A DNA stretch of 64,000 bases from Octopus vulgaris (taxonomy: Eukaryota): assembly GCA_951406725.2 (NCBI GenBank), contig OX597832.1:70742001-70806000 (forward strand). The letters are read 5' to 3'. Of the stretch, positions 37,540-51,610 are shown one piece after another. How positions within the stretch are numbered: position 1 is the stretch's first letter; each line of letters starts with the position of its first letter. The notes under the pieces are model-generated. The model made no database searches, had not been told where the DNA came from, and saw nothing but the letters and a program-made list of their open reading frames with translations. A program made the translations under genes and the position numbers.

Positions 37540-39860
37540 CAGGTGAGATAGTCTTGTGATTTCTATTCCAGTTATTTGTTTTAGGCCATCAACACCTCTG
37601 ATCTCATTGATGCTAAGCTGCATTGCTCCTATCAATAGTTTTTCATTTGGGTTAAAGATCAGTGTGGCATGCCCAGACTTGCAGATATGGACAACCGCCT
37701 CTGTTCCTCAAAAACCATTACCTCTTCACACACACCCTTAACACAGAGATTGTTTCTCTCTTCACAAGAAAGTGGCTAAAGATTGGCAATGTCAATACAT
37801 CTTTGATCCTTCTGTTAGCATATTTCTTTTGGAATACAACGCTTTTGTTTCAGTTACGTTTAAACACAATGAAGAATTTAGTACAGCTCTACCGGGCATT
37901 CTATTTCAATCTCGCTCAACCACTGGTCTATATCTTGGCTAACTGTTCCCAACGCAACAATTGTTATAGGGATGACCTTTACTGTTCTCATGCTCCAAAT
38001 TCATCCTTTTTCAAGGACTGTATTTTATTTTTCTTCCTCTTTCTTTACGATCCTCGAATAAAACGGGCATAAGCTTCCACGTTAGTGGTAGGCATGTTAT
38101 AAGTCGAAAATGTGATGTCAAGTTCCCTTTCAAAGGTTCCTTGAGGTATAGCAGCGTTCGTCCACTTGTCATCCAGGCAGACACGTGTCCTTGCTGCAGG
38201 CAGTTATCCAGTTGCGCAGCGATCTTTTCATGCAACTGTATAAAGTTGTTCAGTCAATAACCTTGCACTCCATCTGGGCCAGGTCCTTTCCAATTTGTTA
38301 TTCTTTTTAACTTCTGTCTCACTGTATATAGATTAATTCTAGCGTCCTTTTGTCATGCTACAGTTGCAAGTTGCCTTTCGCGCTTTCTTTAGGTCTCGCC
38401 GGCCAGTTCCACAGCCTTCTCCTAAATTCTTTACTTTCTTCCGCATCTGGAATCAGTTTCTGGCGTTGGCCTCTCTCTGTTTCCTCAAATAGACACCTTC
38501 TATTTGATTAGAACAGTTTATTCTGTTCGAAACCTTTGCATTTAGCATTGTCTTTTCAGTTTGGTCTTTAATGGTGTCAACTTTTGCGTCAGTTCTTCAT
38601 GTACTGTTTGTTTTTCCCCTTTCTTCTAACCTGTACTGTCCATTCAATTTTCTGATTAATACCTTATTCTTGAGCTCTCCTCTCATTATCCTATTCAATT
38701 GCCCCAATTTTTCCAGCTTCATTCCTATTCTCTTCCTCCAGTTTGCTTCTTTCTTTTCATTTGCCTTTATAGTTTCAGTTTTTCGTTGTAGCCTTCTGTG
38801 TTAGCTACGACATTAGCAATAGCTGGTTTGTTTCACTAATATTCTGTTTTAATTATGCTTAAAACATTATTTACTTTGTCTGTGGCTTTCTTCACTTGTT
38901 TTCCGTTCATATATCTTACGCTTGGTGGTACTTCCTTGTTTCCATCAGACATTTTTCCTCGCAACATTTCTAAAATCTCCTTGTCTTCATCATTCAAGTC
39001 TTGTGCGGTACTTACTGTCACTTGTCCATCTAAAACATCTTCCTTAGTTACTTTATCAATATTTTCTGGTACTCTACGGTTTCCATCTGTTTCGTGTATT
39101 CATCTCTTACCCCTTCATTACCGTTTTCTGTTTCTACTGTTTCACTCTCCTTCTGCTCTTTTTATTATGTTTCTCTGAATTCCTTCAATCTCTACTCCCC
39201 TCATACAATCGTACCGAGCGATTGCTCTAGCTTGGTCTATCAGTCGCTGGGCAGATGCTTCAAAACCTCCTTTTTCATCCTGTATTCTCCTCATTGGATT
39301 CACGAACCTTCTTTCATTTGGCTCACTTCTCAGCCATTACTATTTTTTTTACATACTTTTCCCATTTCATTCTTTTTCTTTTCCACTTTTCACTGTGATT
39401 TTGGTCCTGATCAACAGCTTGATGACGACCTGCCGGAGCTTGATCAGATACTCCCTACCTGCCGTGCATGACACCTTCCGTTATCAGTTCCAGTCCCGTT
39501 AGCGCAGTTGTGGTCATTTTTTAATGTCGACATCACTCATTTAGAGGTAGCATTTGTAAGGTTGTGTGATCACCAGTATTTATATCGTGCCACTACCACT
39601 GGGCGGGTTGCTACGCAAGGCTCTGAGTGTAGTGCCAGTCTCGTTCAATCCATCGTTTTATGTCTTTGTATTAGACATATTTCACTCCTGAGAATTTTGG
39701 TGTTGAGTTGGCATAACCATCGGTGCTTTTACTGAGTCACCTTCTCTAGAGGGGTCGTGGATAAAGGCTGAAGGGACCTCTCTTCTCATGAGAGAGGCTT
39801 AACCCCGTCAGAGGCCAACCTGGTATTTCTTGGGCCCGGCGTGGACTTACAGAGACTACA
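37540..39860 (-). mobile_element. Degenerate R4/Dong-type family D element, 5' half
   Basis: WKGPGPDGVQGY and AWMTSGRTLLYLK..FRLITCLPLTWKLM; lysine-rich upstream region and probable 5' UTR. Confidence 0.7.
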
Positions 39861-40841
39861 TTTTACCCAACTGTGACCTGAAGGTAATCGTGGTTAAGGG
39901 CAATCTTGTTCATCCCACGTCGTGACATCACGATCAGATATAGTTTCATGTCATACCCAGGGCGTGTTATCATTAGTATTATTATCATTTGCTTGTGTTG
40001 TTGGTAGTGGTAGTAGTACTTTTGTAAGCTACTGTTCCCTTTGACTATTTCCTGTAGTCGCAGTGGTTTTGTTGCAATCGTTGCTCTTCTGTCTCCGATC
40101 ATTTTCATTGCTTTTGTGTTTATTTTCGTTCTTGTAGCTGACTGTGTTGGTGGGATGGGCTTTACTGTTATTTATTCGGGGCCATCCAATATGGAGTGCC
40201 AATGTCCATCCTCTTCGACATGCTATTCTTACATATTTGGGGGAGATATTCTGTGGGGTGGGGATGGGGACTGCAGAGTGGGTTGCAGGTTTGGTCTGCT
40301 ATGTTAGGAGCGAAGACGGTTAGACTGCACTGGGGTATTATTCTCATGGTCATTTAGAGTGCTTGGTTCGTTTTCCAAATAGATATCCGGTTGATCAAGA
40401 GGATGCTACTGGTGGCGAAAAGGGGGGTGGGTGGGTAAGGTTCTAGCATACAGATGTGGGAGGACGGGGAAACACTTCTGTCCAGAAATTGATTAAAATC
40501 AAGGATAGAAAAATTAAATTCAAATCTAAATTTGTGACACAGTATAAAAGTTGCGAAGATATAAATGTTAAGATCATAGCTTACGATTCCTTCACTTGAG
40601 ATATTTCTGGGTGTAAATAAGACCATACCTACTTTTTGAGTAGCAACTGAACCATGTCTTGTTTTCTTTTTTTCTTTGCAGAAAGGGAGTAAGAGAGAGA
40701 GCGAGAGAGAGAGAGAGAGAGAGATGAACTGTGATTATTCCTCGTGGGGTAAAATTCCTATAGAGAAATTAATAAAACTCAAGGACAGGAAAATTAAATT
40801 AAAAATCTAAATTTAAAACCCAGCATATTATTATTATTATT

Positions 40842-41589
40842 ACTTTTTTTTCTTTCAAATTTGCTTCCATTTCTTGCCGAGTCTCTTCACGACTCCTAGG
40901 GCAAAGAAACTCATAGTATACATTGGTAGGCCATTAAACCAAACTCAATAGTTCGTTCATTTAAAAAGTTTTTTTTTTTTAGTTAAATTAAAATACATGA
41001 GCAGCAACAGTTCTCACATCGACAATGCTCTTCTCAATACGTGTGATGTACCAGTTAAGACAATCTTTTGCACTTCTTGCAGGGATGGTAAGCCAGGGAT
41101 CATTCTCATATAATTTTCGGTTCCCTTCTTGATCATTCCTAGTGCTCCTACGATCACTGGTATTGTAACCGCCTTGAGATGCCACATTTTCTCAATTTCA
41201 ATGAGTAGGTCTTTATATTTTCTGAGCTTGTCAAACTCTTTCGCTGAGATATTATGATCACAGGGGATGCTCATGTCGATCAATAAGCAAACTTTATTGT
41301 TTTGGTCTTTCACAACAATATCTGGTTTATTGGCCTTGATGGTTCGGTCTGTATGTACTGGAAAGTCCCACAGAATGGTTACATTTTCTCCTTCAGTTAC
41401 AGCCTCAGGGTGGTGATTATACCACTTGTCGGCAGTTTTGATATTGTAATGCCGACTTATTAGCCAGTGTAGATATTGGCCAACTCTGTCATGTCTTAAT
41501 TTATACTCCACTGGTGCTAAGACTTTACATCCAGAGATTAGGTGGTCCACTGTTTCAATCATGTCGTTGCAGAATCGGCATTTTGGGTC

Positions 41590-41590
<1 letters not shown>
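40842..41590 (-). mobile_element. R4/Dong-type family B, 5'-truncated (CCHC + RLE)
   Basis: CRFCNDMIETVDHLISGC, RHD, KPDIVV..IDM..KY; (TTA)n on both sides. Confidence 0.93.
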
Positions 41591-41651
<61 letters not shown>

Positions 41652-41670
41652 CATTATTATCATTATTATT

Positions 41671-41884
41671 AAAGCGGCGAGCTGGCAGAATTGTTTGCGC
41701 GCTGGATGAAAATGCTCAGCGGTATTTCGCTCGTCACTGCGTTCTGAGTTCAAATTCCGTCGAGGTCGACTTTACCTTTCATCCTTTCGGTGTCGATAAA
41801 ATAAGTACCAGTGAAACACTGGGGTCGATGTAATCGACTCATCCCCTCCCCCAAAACTACTGTCCTTGTGGAAAAATTTGGGCC

Positions 41885-41935
<51 letters not shown>

Positions 41936-42150
41936 AGCGGTGAGCTGGCAGAATCCTTAGCACGCCGGGCGAAATGCTTAGCTTTATTTCGTCTTCCGCT
42001 ACGTTCTGAGTTCAAATTCCGCCGAGGTCGACTTTGGCTTTCATCCTTCGGAGTCGATGAAATAAGTACCAGTTGTGTACTGAGGTTGATCTAATTGATG
42101 CCCCCTCCTCCAAAATTTAAGACCTTGTGCCTAGAGTAGAAATGAAAGGA
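41671..42150 (+). mobile_element. Two tandem SINE family 2 monomers separated by (TTA)n
   Basis: Heads at ~41671 and ~41934; a third decayed copy follows at ~42160. Confidence 0.8.
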
Positions 42151-43050
42151 TTATTATTATTAAAGCGGCGCGTTGGTAGCATGTTTAGTGGCATTTCGTC
42201 CGTTTTTACGTTCCGAGTTCAAATTTCACCGAGGTCAATAAAACGAGCAGTTGGGAAGTACTTCGATTGATGCCATCGACTTATCCCTGCCCCTAAAAGA
42301 ACTGGTCTTCATCCAAAATTTTAATGGAAGTTTTTAATGTCAACATCTTTAAAAGAACAATCTTGCATTACAGAACCAGGGACGGTCTCAGTTGGATTGT
42401 TATCAAAAGTGCTAAGCTCTGAAAGCGATCCCAACGTTTCTACTTTTAGATCAGCATTTGCTCTGACCGGTATTTATACTCCACGTAGACAAATAGATCT
42501 AACAGAAGGTCTTTGAAGATTTTCTCCAAAATTCAAATGTCGGAACAATGAACAAAGACTAAACGAGAGAAAAGATTAAAGAGAATTATGAGGAATATAT
42601 TTCAAATAAAAATATATTGAAATAACGAAAGAGATTTAGGTAAATCGGTGGTTTCTGAATAGTAAATAGTCAAGTTTGAGTAGGCCCTCTCTATAAAATA
42701 CGAATATATTTACGTGTGTATGTGTGTATAAACGTACATACTTGTATATACATACACGTAGATTTAAGTGCAAATTTATTTATATATACGTGTCTGTCAG
42801 CGTATGTTAAGTAAACATATATATATACGAGTATACATATGCACACACACACACGCACACACACACACACACACACACATAGTAGGATATGTATACCAAT
42901 TTACAACTCTAAAATACAAACTCACAAAATATGAAATTATTATTTCGTTATAAATATACACGAGCATACACATACTCACACAACATATGTATTGCTCTAT
43001 ACACAGAGAAATATAAGTATATGCATGCGTATAAGTAATACAATAATACA

Positions 43051-43086
<36 letters not shown>

Positions 43087-43860
43087 CGGGTGTATGATTT
43101 TCAAAACAACTTGCATATGCAAGTGTTACCACTCGAAAGCTCTAAAGACCGGAAGCCAGTAAGTGTATGGGGTCCTCAGGAAAGAATATATATATATTTG
43201 CATCAGCATTTATATTTTTAAGGTGATATTTGAGATGTAACTGAAGTTTCACATGGTTCGTGATAAATATTTTACAGTATATTGTTATGTTATTTTCTGT
43301 TATGTATTATATTATACATTATCAATTTTTTTACTTTATATTGTATTATATATTATTATTTTATTTTTTATTATATATATTGTATACTTGATAAATATTT
43401 TATGTTAGTGTATTTACGTTCTTTACAAAATTTATTTACCTTCAGTTTTATTTAGAGGAGTAAATAAGGAATTGAATGCGGCTAGAAAACAACAACCCCC
43501 ATACGCACACATTTAACACGTGCAAACACATACAACTATGCACAAACGCATACACTGAAAGGCGCGCTCACACACACACACACACGATCGCACGCACACA
43601 CATAAACATACAAATGCAAACACATTCAAAACCCATCGCCAACGCTCACGGAAAAAGCTACCAAACCGCAGAGAGTTCTGTTTATGAAAAAATTGCTCTC
43701 AAAAGAATATTGGATATTTTCAAAGAGAACGAAATTTGTTTCTTTGAGGAAGAAGAATATTCTTAAGCGGAGATCAAGCGAAAATCACGTTTCACTAAGA
43801 ATATTTAAGCGTCAGTATCCCTTTATGTATTTTTGGATGGAGGAATATATTTGTATTATG

Positions 43861-43905
<45 letters not shown>

Positions 43906-44043
43906 ATGTGTGTGTGTGTGTGTGTGTACGTGTCTGCGTGTGTATGTATGTGTGCCTGTGTGTCTGCGTGTGTATCTGTGTTTACATATATTTTTGTTTA
44001 TCTTTATGTGTATTTTTCTTTGCATGTCTTTGCCTGTATCTAT

Positions 44044-44077
<34 letters not shown>

Positions 44078-45047
44078 ATGTTTATATATCTATGTTTATA
44101 TATATATATATATATATATTGTAGGTAATTTGTTTGTGTTTGTATGTGTGTCGGAGGTGTGAGGCGCACATAAATGGTTTGATCTGAGACCGTATATGGA
44201 AATAAAAAAGATTACAGTGTGGAAGACAAAACTCGACATTCAAAAACGCAGTTTTCATTTTAATTGAATGTTTCGTTTGGTTCTTTTTTTTTCTTTTTTC
44301 TTTCCTCGCCGTCAAACTTTTTCGTTGCAGGAACTACGACCTGGTCTGAAATGCAAGAGTAGCAGTTTGTGTATCGAAAATATTGGACACCGAATAACAA
44401 ATTTTTCAACTAAGTTAAAGGTGTGTGTATGTGTTTGAATATTTAACCTTTATCTTCCTTGCGGCATTGTTGATGTGTATGTGTATCTCTGTGTGTGGAC
44501 ATATATATATAACCAAGTTTGTAGGATTGTGTATAGAAGAATATATTAATACAATTCCATCTGAGTCTGATTTTCACGTTTTATTATTTACAATTCTTAC
44601 AATTTTACAATTGTGAAATAACGTATAACTTTCCTTTACGTAATCATCAGGTTTACGTACCGATAGTCGTGTTCCACAATTGACAACTGTAATGGGAATG
44701 GTTCGATTTGTACTTTAAATACCAACCGGCGGGCTGCAGCAGGCTGAATCTTACGAACTCTATTTTGACCAAACAGTATGTGGCTCAGGTGTAACGGTTT
44801 GGTGAGCGCGCCAACTAAGTTCTATCTGTATTTCGCCCAATCAGTATGTGGCTTACACGTCACCATTTCGTGGGCACAACAAATATTCTTTACTTTAACT
44901 GCACCTAAAGGAATAATTGTTGGGCTATATTTTGGAATGTTGTAAACAACGTTCCTGTTTTCAATGAATTCTATCGTTGCAATTTTCCAGAAAGTCAATG
45001 TTGTTATAATTAACATTACTACCATATTAACCATCAACTTTACTAGC

Positions 45048-45180
<133 letters not shown>

Positions 45181-45206
45181 CAATCATCATTATGATTATA
45201 TTAAAA

Positions 45207-46695
45207 TAGATGAGAATTTATCAAGAAAATTCTTTTATCTCAACTTCATTTGAGTTGTAAAGTTCGTGGAATGGGAATATCATAAACTATTTCTGGCGAC
45301 ATATTGCCAGATGGTTGTTTAAACGGATCTGACGGACATCAGGGTCCCTACTTTGCTGTCGGTGCACACATGAACGTTCTGATAATACATTCCCAGTGTG
45401 GCCAAAGTATTTCTCTTCACAATTCGTGCATTTGATGCAGTAAATTAAATTTCTACTTTTGCAGTTCATATCTACATTTGTAAATATTCTTCCGGTCTTT
45501 GTGTTCATATATGAACCAGTATGTATGAACTGATATGTACCACATCGATTATCATTGCATTTGGATACAATGAAGAATTCGTCATTGTTGCTTTGGTCAA
45601 ACTTTGTCTTTGTTAATAATTGTTTGAAGTTTATCGGCTGTCTTTCACTTAGCTTGATCCATGATTATATCCTTTAATTCATTACTTTGGGCAATGATCA
45701 GCAAGTTTGCTTTGGCAATGCTAAAGATAATTTGGTAACCCAGATTGTGTGTCCCTATAAATGTTACGACCTGTTCTTGTTTTGCTCATTTGGGTGGGTG
45801 GGGGTTGCTCTAAGTTGTTGTATGGATGTTTCTATAGCACGCTGTATACCATTTTCTATAAGTAGAGACGACGTGGATTTTTGTTTGAGTAGAAATTCTT
45901 TGAGTTCTGTCAGGCGCTTGTCTCTGGTATTCATATCTTCTACAACGGTGCACATTTTTCTGGCTACGCAATATTGGATGTTGCGTTTTGTGTGTGTTGG
46001 ATGGCACAATTTAAAGTTCAGGTATTAATGCGTGTCTGTATGTCTATAGTATATATCAATAGTAATGATGGTGTTACTTTTAATTACCATTATGTCTAGT
46101 AATCGTAATTTGGCACTACTTATCTCCTTTGTAAATTGGAGAGTTGGGTGCAGATTATTCAGAAGGATATTAAATTCTTCCAGAGTATCTTGAGATCTTG
46201 TCCATATTATGAAGCAATCGTCAAAGTATCTCTTCCATGCATTGTCAATATACCTTCTAAATTCAGTGCCGTAGATATCCTATACTCTTTGACAGAGTTC
46301 TTTTGCTAAGTATCCCATTATGGAGTTGGCATAAATAGGAGAAAAACTCATTCCCATCGCTGTGCCTCTAGCTTGGATGTAATTCTTTCCATTGAAAAAG
46401 AATGTGTTATTTTCGAGGTTAAGTTTGAATGCGTCTAACATAAATTCTACTGGGAATCCTTTCTCTCTATTTTTCCTCCTAGTATTTAATCGCCTTTATT
46501 CCTAAATCAAGGCTTACTACATCAAAACTAGGTAAAAGTGAATTCAATCGATGTCATCCCGGATGAAACTAGGTATATGAGTACATAATGGCTTCAAAAT
46601 AATGTCCAATAGAATTGTTAGACGGTGAGTAGGGCACGCTGGATCCGCTATAATAATAGGTCTGAATTTTAGACCTTTTAGGTGTAGTAATTCCT
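45207..46695 (-). pseudogene. Degenerate PLE RT + GIY-YIG
   Basis: RPII, QARGTAMG, WKRYFDDCF, HPTHTKRNI and CKSRNLIYCIKCTNCEEKYFGHTG on the minus strand, with stops and frameshifts. Confidence 0.85.
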
Positions 46696-47437
46696 TGTAT
46701 ATACACGCACATACATATATATGTATATGTATGTATATGTATATGTATGTATATGTATGTATATACGTACGTATGTATGTATGTATTTATGTATGTATGT
46801 ATGTATGTTTGTATGTATGTATATTTGTATGTATGTTTGTATGTATGTATGTATGTATGTATGTATGTATGTACGTATACATGTATGTATGTATGTTTAT
46901 GCGATCATGCGTGCAAGTATATTTATGTATTTGTTGGTGTTTCTATTTGTATGCCCATATAGAATTCGTGCTCAGTATTGCTCGTGTGTAGCGCTTCTAT
47001 TTTATTTCTTAATAACTCGATGGTTTAAACGTTCTTAGGTAATCTTTGCTCAATCATACACACTGGAAATGGTTCTGTCACGATTCGCCTTATATTTTGC
47101 ATCAAATTATTAACTTTAAATATTTCTGATATCCAAAGAATTACGAACATGCGTAAGAAAATTTATAGTTTCCACAAAAAATATCTGCTACTGTTTTGAG
47201 TTTGTATTTGCAAAACCGAGTGTGTGTTATTGTACCTTTCATATGTAATTGTTTATATATATTTATGTGTATTTACCTGTTTTGAGAACGTGTATGTGTG
47301 TATGTGTGTGTTTGTATATTTCTTTGTCCGCGTGTCAAGGGGAAACGCAGCTGCATAGTTCGTTAGGAGATGAAAACATTTGACTCATGGCTTGTATCGA
47401 ATATTCAAAGTGTGTGCGTATACACACACACACTTAC

Positions 47438-47486
<49 letters not shown>

Positions 47487-47520
47487 CAACCATACATACA
47501 TGTATGTATGTATGTATTTA

Positions 47521-47581
<61 letters not shown>

Positions 47582-48247
47582 GGTTTCTCTGCAGCTAGCT
47601 AAAGGAATGTTAAAGAAACTTTGAAATCAATGACATCTAGAAAAAACACTGAAGAAAGAAATAGTTGAAAGAAAAAGGAAAGATTTTTCTCTTGCAAATG
47701 TTTAGAAATTTTGTATCAAAAAGAGTAATTTGGTTTGAATAGGTCTACTTATACGTAAAATGCGCGAGCGAGCGCGCGCGTGTGTGTTTGTGTGTAAGCG
47801 TGTGCATGCATGTGTGTGCGTGTGTGTGTAATTTCGAGATAATCATTTCGTCAATATAAAAATACCAACGTAAACTTTTTATTGTCAACTAATTATCGAA
47901 TTTATCAATTAATTGATTTTTCCTCTTGTTCCATCTTCCCAGTGGTTCGCCCTTTCACTGATTTCTATTTCGAAGTAAAAAGTTATTAAGCAATCAGTGA
48001 AAAGTTCAGATTAATTAAACGAAATTCTTTGGACACTTATTTTCCATAATTAATAATGATCCCATCCACTATAGACTCAAGGCCTGAAAATTTAGTGTTG
48101 TGTACATCAGCTCCATTATATTACTGGTACTTCTTTCATTTACTGCGAAAGGATGAAGGACGAACGAAACGCCATTAAACATTTTGTTCGGCACCCTGCC
48201 TATTCTGCCAGCTAGCTGCCTTAATGATGATGATGATGATGATGATG

Positions 48248-48307
<60 letters not shown>

Positions 48308-48308
<1 letters not shown>

Positions 48309-48520
48309 GACAAATACATAACAAAAACACCAGGACTTACAAACACATATAACATACAGAAAATTGCACTACTAGGCACTGCCCACATCCTACGCAGAAC
48401 ACTTTCCATACAATAACCATCAGAGCATCACAACAAATCACAGCACATACCCAAGGCACACAGAGCTGCGCTCGGTAGTGAAGTGAAAGCACGCTATAAA
48501 AATAAAAATAAAACTACTGA
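48308..48520 (+). mobile_element. R4/Dong-type family A short 3' fragment
   Basis: Last ~210 bp of family A inside (TAA)n. Confidence 0.92.
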
Positions 48521-48544
48521 ATAATAATAATAATAATAATAATT

Positions 48545-51020
48545 ATGGTCGGCGAACGAACCACCAAAAAACAGGAGTATCAGAATAACAAACTCGGCAT
48601 CTGAACAACTTTGGACCCCCATAACAACTGAAGAGGTCACCCAGGCACTGCAAGACTAAGCAACTGGAAGGCACCTGGGCATGACAAGATCCCCAACTTC
48701 TGGTTGAAATATCTAACAGGAATGCACAAAAAGCTGGCTGAAAACTTTAACAACGTACTAGCAGAGCCAGAAACAATGCCTGAATGGCTCACGAAGGGGA
48801 AAACCATCTTAATTCCCAAATCAAATGAAACAGAAAAACCAGAAAACTACAGACCAATAACCTGCCTCCCTACTATGTTCAAGGCATTTACTGCAGTGAT
48901 ATCACAAAGGCTGAACAAGCACCTGGACGAAAACAAACTGTTCCCAGAAGAGCAGAAAGGATGCCGCAAAGGCTCATATGGCTGTAAAGATCAACTAATG
49001 ATTAATAAAGCCATAACTGAAGACAGCCACAGAAAGAAGAAAGGCCTCAGTATGGCCTGGATTGACTACAAAAAGGCGTTTGATAGCATCCCCCACACAT
49101 GGATCCTCGAAACACTAGCCATTAACAAAGTAGCACCAACAATCATAACATTCATAGAGCACTCTATGAATAAATGGCAAACAGTCCTACACCTCCAAAC
49201 AAAAGAGGGACTCATGAAAACCAAAGACATCCCCATTAGAAGAGGAATATTCCAGGGAGACACGCTCTCTCCACTCCTTTTCTGCTTGGCACTGTCACCT
49301 CTATCTGATATGCTAAATAGAACTGGATGCGGATATAAATGTTACGGCAAAACGATCAGCCACCTTTTATATATGGATGACCTAAAACTATACGCTGCAA
49401 ATGACAAACAGCTGGAAACACTATTAAAGACAGTTCATGGATTTACCAAAGAAATAGATATGAAATTTGGATTAGAAAAATGCGCCAAAGTAACCTTGAA
49501 AAGAGGAAAACTAGTTAAGAGTAACAACATCACACTAGATAAAACCAATGAAATAAAAGAATTAGACCAAAGCCAAACTTACAAATACTTAGGAATCCAT
49601 GAACTAGATAAGACACAACACACACAAATGAAAGAGAAAATAAAAAAAGAATATTATAGACGAGTTAGATCAATACTAAACACAGAGCTCAATGCTAAAA
49701 ACAAGATAATAGGTATCAACACTTTAGCTGTCCCAGTTATAAGTTACAGCTACAATATCCTTAACTGGACACGAAATGAACTGACCAAAATATATAGGAA
49801 AACAAGAAAAATAATGACAGGATCTAGGATGCATCACCCAAAATCTGACATAGAAAGACTATATATACAACGTATAGGTGGTAGAGGCCTTATACAGCTG
49901 GAAAACTACTATAAAATAACCACCATAGGACTGCAAAAATATCTACTTCAGAAGGAAGGAAAACTGATCCAGATAGCGGCAAAACACGAGCAAAACAAAA
50001 AACTGTTCTCAGTATTTAAGGAAGCTGACAAATACAAACAAGAAATCATACCACCTAATAAACATGAAGAAGAAGAAGAAGATGAAGAAACAACAAAAGC
50101 TATAAAACAAATGAAATCCAAACTAAAAATAGAACAGCAACGAACCATGATAAAACGATGGCAAGAAAAGCCCCTTCATGGTAAATACTGGACTAAACTA
50201 AACGCAAAAGAAATAGACAAAGAAAAATCCCAGCAATGGTTGAGAAGCTCAGGACTCAAAGCAGAAACAGAGGGATTTTTAGTTGCAGCACAAGACCAAA
50301 GCCTCCCCACCAGAAATTACCAAAAACATGTAATGAAAAGAAATATTGCAAGTAACTGCAGAATATGTGGAGATGGACAAGAAACAATAAATCATATTAT
50401 CTCTAGCTGCCCGGTCTTGGCTAAGAAGGAATATATTCACAGACATGACAGAGTTGGAACCTACATACATTGGAAGCTATGCCAACATTATGGAATAACA
50501 ACAGAAAAAAGATGGTATAGGCACACACCAGAAAAAGTCACAGAAAACGAGAAAGCAACCATACTCTGGGATATGCCGATACACACAGATAGAGAAATTA
50601 AGGCCAACAGACCAGATATAGTTGTCAGAGATCATGAAAGAAAAAAATGCTTTCTAATTGATGTATCAATACCGGCAGATGACAACGTGTCTCTAAAAGA
50701 ACTGGAGGAACTTTCAAAATACAAAGACCTGGAAATAGAGGTAACCAGAATGTGGAATCTGAAAACAGAAACAATTCCTATCATAGTAGGTGCATTAGGC
50801 ATGATAAAAAAATATTCAGACAAATACATAACAAAAACACCAGGACTTACAAACACATATAACATACAGAAAATTGCACTACTAGGCAGTGCACACATCC
50901 TACGCAGAACACTTTCCATACAATAACCATCAGAGCATCACAACAAATCACAGCACATACATAAGGCACACAGAGCTGCGCTCGGTAGTGAAGTGAAAGC
51001 ACGCTATAAAAATAAAACTA

Positions 51021-51024
<4 letters not shown>
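48545..51024 (+). mobile_element. R4/Dong-type RLE LINE family A, 5'-truncated, young
   Basis: 2.5-kb insertion flanked by (TAA)n, with a long open frame and 3' end aaaataaaactactga(ata)n. Confidence 0.95.
48704..50926 (+). CDS. Non-LTR retrotransposon polyprotein fragment: RT + CCHC zinc knuckle + restriction-like endonuclease (740 aa)
   Basis: NYRPITCL, EQKG, WIDYKKAFDS, GIFQGDTLSP, YMDD, YKYLG, CRICG..H..C, RHD, RPD..D..K..KY. The frame extends back to ~48653 (NWKAPGHD), where a frameshift occurs; the N-terminus is missing. Confidence 0.92.
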   Translation: MKYLTGMHKKLAENFNNVLAEPETMPEWLTKGKTILIPKSNETEKPENYRPITCLPTMFKAFTAVISQRLNKHLDENKLFPEEQKGCRKGSYGCKDQLMINKAITEDSHRKKKGLSMAWIDYKKAFDSIPHTWILETLAINKVAPTIITFIEHSMNKWQTVLHLQTKEGLMKTKDIPIRRGIFQGDTLSPLLFCLALSPLSDMLNRTGCGYKCYGKTISHLLYMDDLKLYAANDKQLETLLKTVHGFTKEIDMKFGLEKCAKVTLKRGKLVKSNNITLDKTNEIKELDQSQTYKYLGIHELDKTQHTQMKEKIKKEYYRRVRSILNTELNAKNKIIGINTLAVPVISYSYNILNWTRNELTKIYRKTRKIMTGSRMHHPKSDIERLYIQRIGGRGLIQLENYYKITTIGLQKYLLQKEGKLIQIAAKHEQNKKLFSVFKEADKYKQEIIPPNKHEEEEEDEETTKAIKQMKSKLKIEQQRTMIKRWQEKPLHGKYWTKLNAKEIDKEKSQQWLRSSGLKAETEGFLVAAQDQSLPTRNYQKHVMKRNIASNCRICGDGQETINHIISSCPVLAKKEYIHRHDRVGTYIHWKLCQHYGITTEKRWYRHTPEKVTENEKATILWDMPIHTDREIKANRPDIVVRDHERKKCFLIDVSIPADDNVSLKELEELSKYKDLEIEVTRMWNLKTETIPIIVGALGMIKKYSDKYITKTPGLTNTYNIQKIALLGSAHILRRTLSIQ

Positions 51025-51106
<82 letters not shown>

Positions 51107-51117
51107 TAATAATAATA

Positions 51118-51189
<72 letters not shown>

Positions 51190-51267
51190 ATTATTATTAT
51201 TATTACTATTATTATTATTATTATCATTATTATTATTATTATTATTATCATTATTATTTTTATTATT

Positions 51268-51500
51268 ACTTTTTTTTCTTCTTTCAAATTTGCTTCCATT
51301 TCTTGCCGAGTGTCTTCCCGACTCCTAGGGCAAAGAAACTCATAGTATTCATTGGTAGGCCATTAAACCAAACTCAATAGTTCGTTCATTTTTTTTTTTA
51401 AGTTAAATTAAAATACATGAGCAGCAACAGTTCTCACATCGACAATGCTCTTCTCAATACGTGTGATGTACCAGTTAAGACAATCTTTTGCACTTCTTGC
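51268..51500 (-). mobile_element. R4/Dong-type family B 3' fragment, tail-to-tail with family A
   Basis: Matches 26064-26296; directly followed by family-A terminal words at 51500-51527. Confidence 0.92.
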
Positions 51501-51521
51501 TACTGAATAATAATAAAACTA

Positions 51522-51610
<89 letters not shown>

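Noticed and set aside
40480-40826. Degenerate ~60-bp direct repeat (about 40490 and 40770) and a possible small exon between the copies
   Set aside because: AT-rich, short and diverged; splice signals are compatible with several frames and no product is recognisable.
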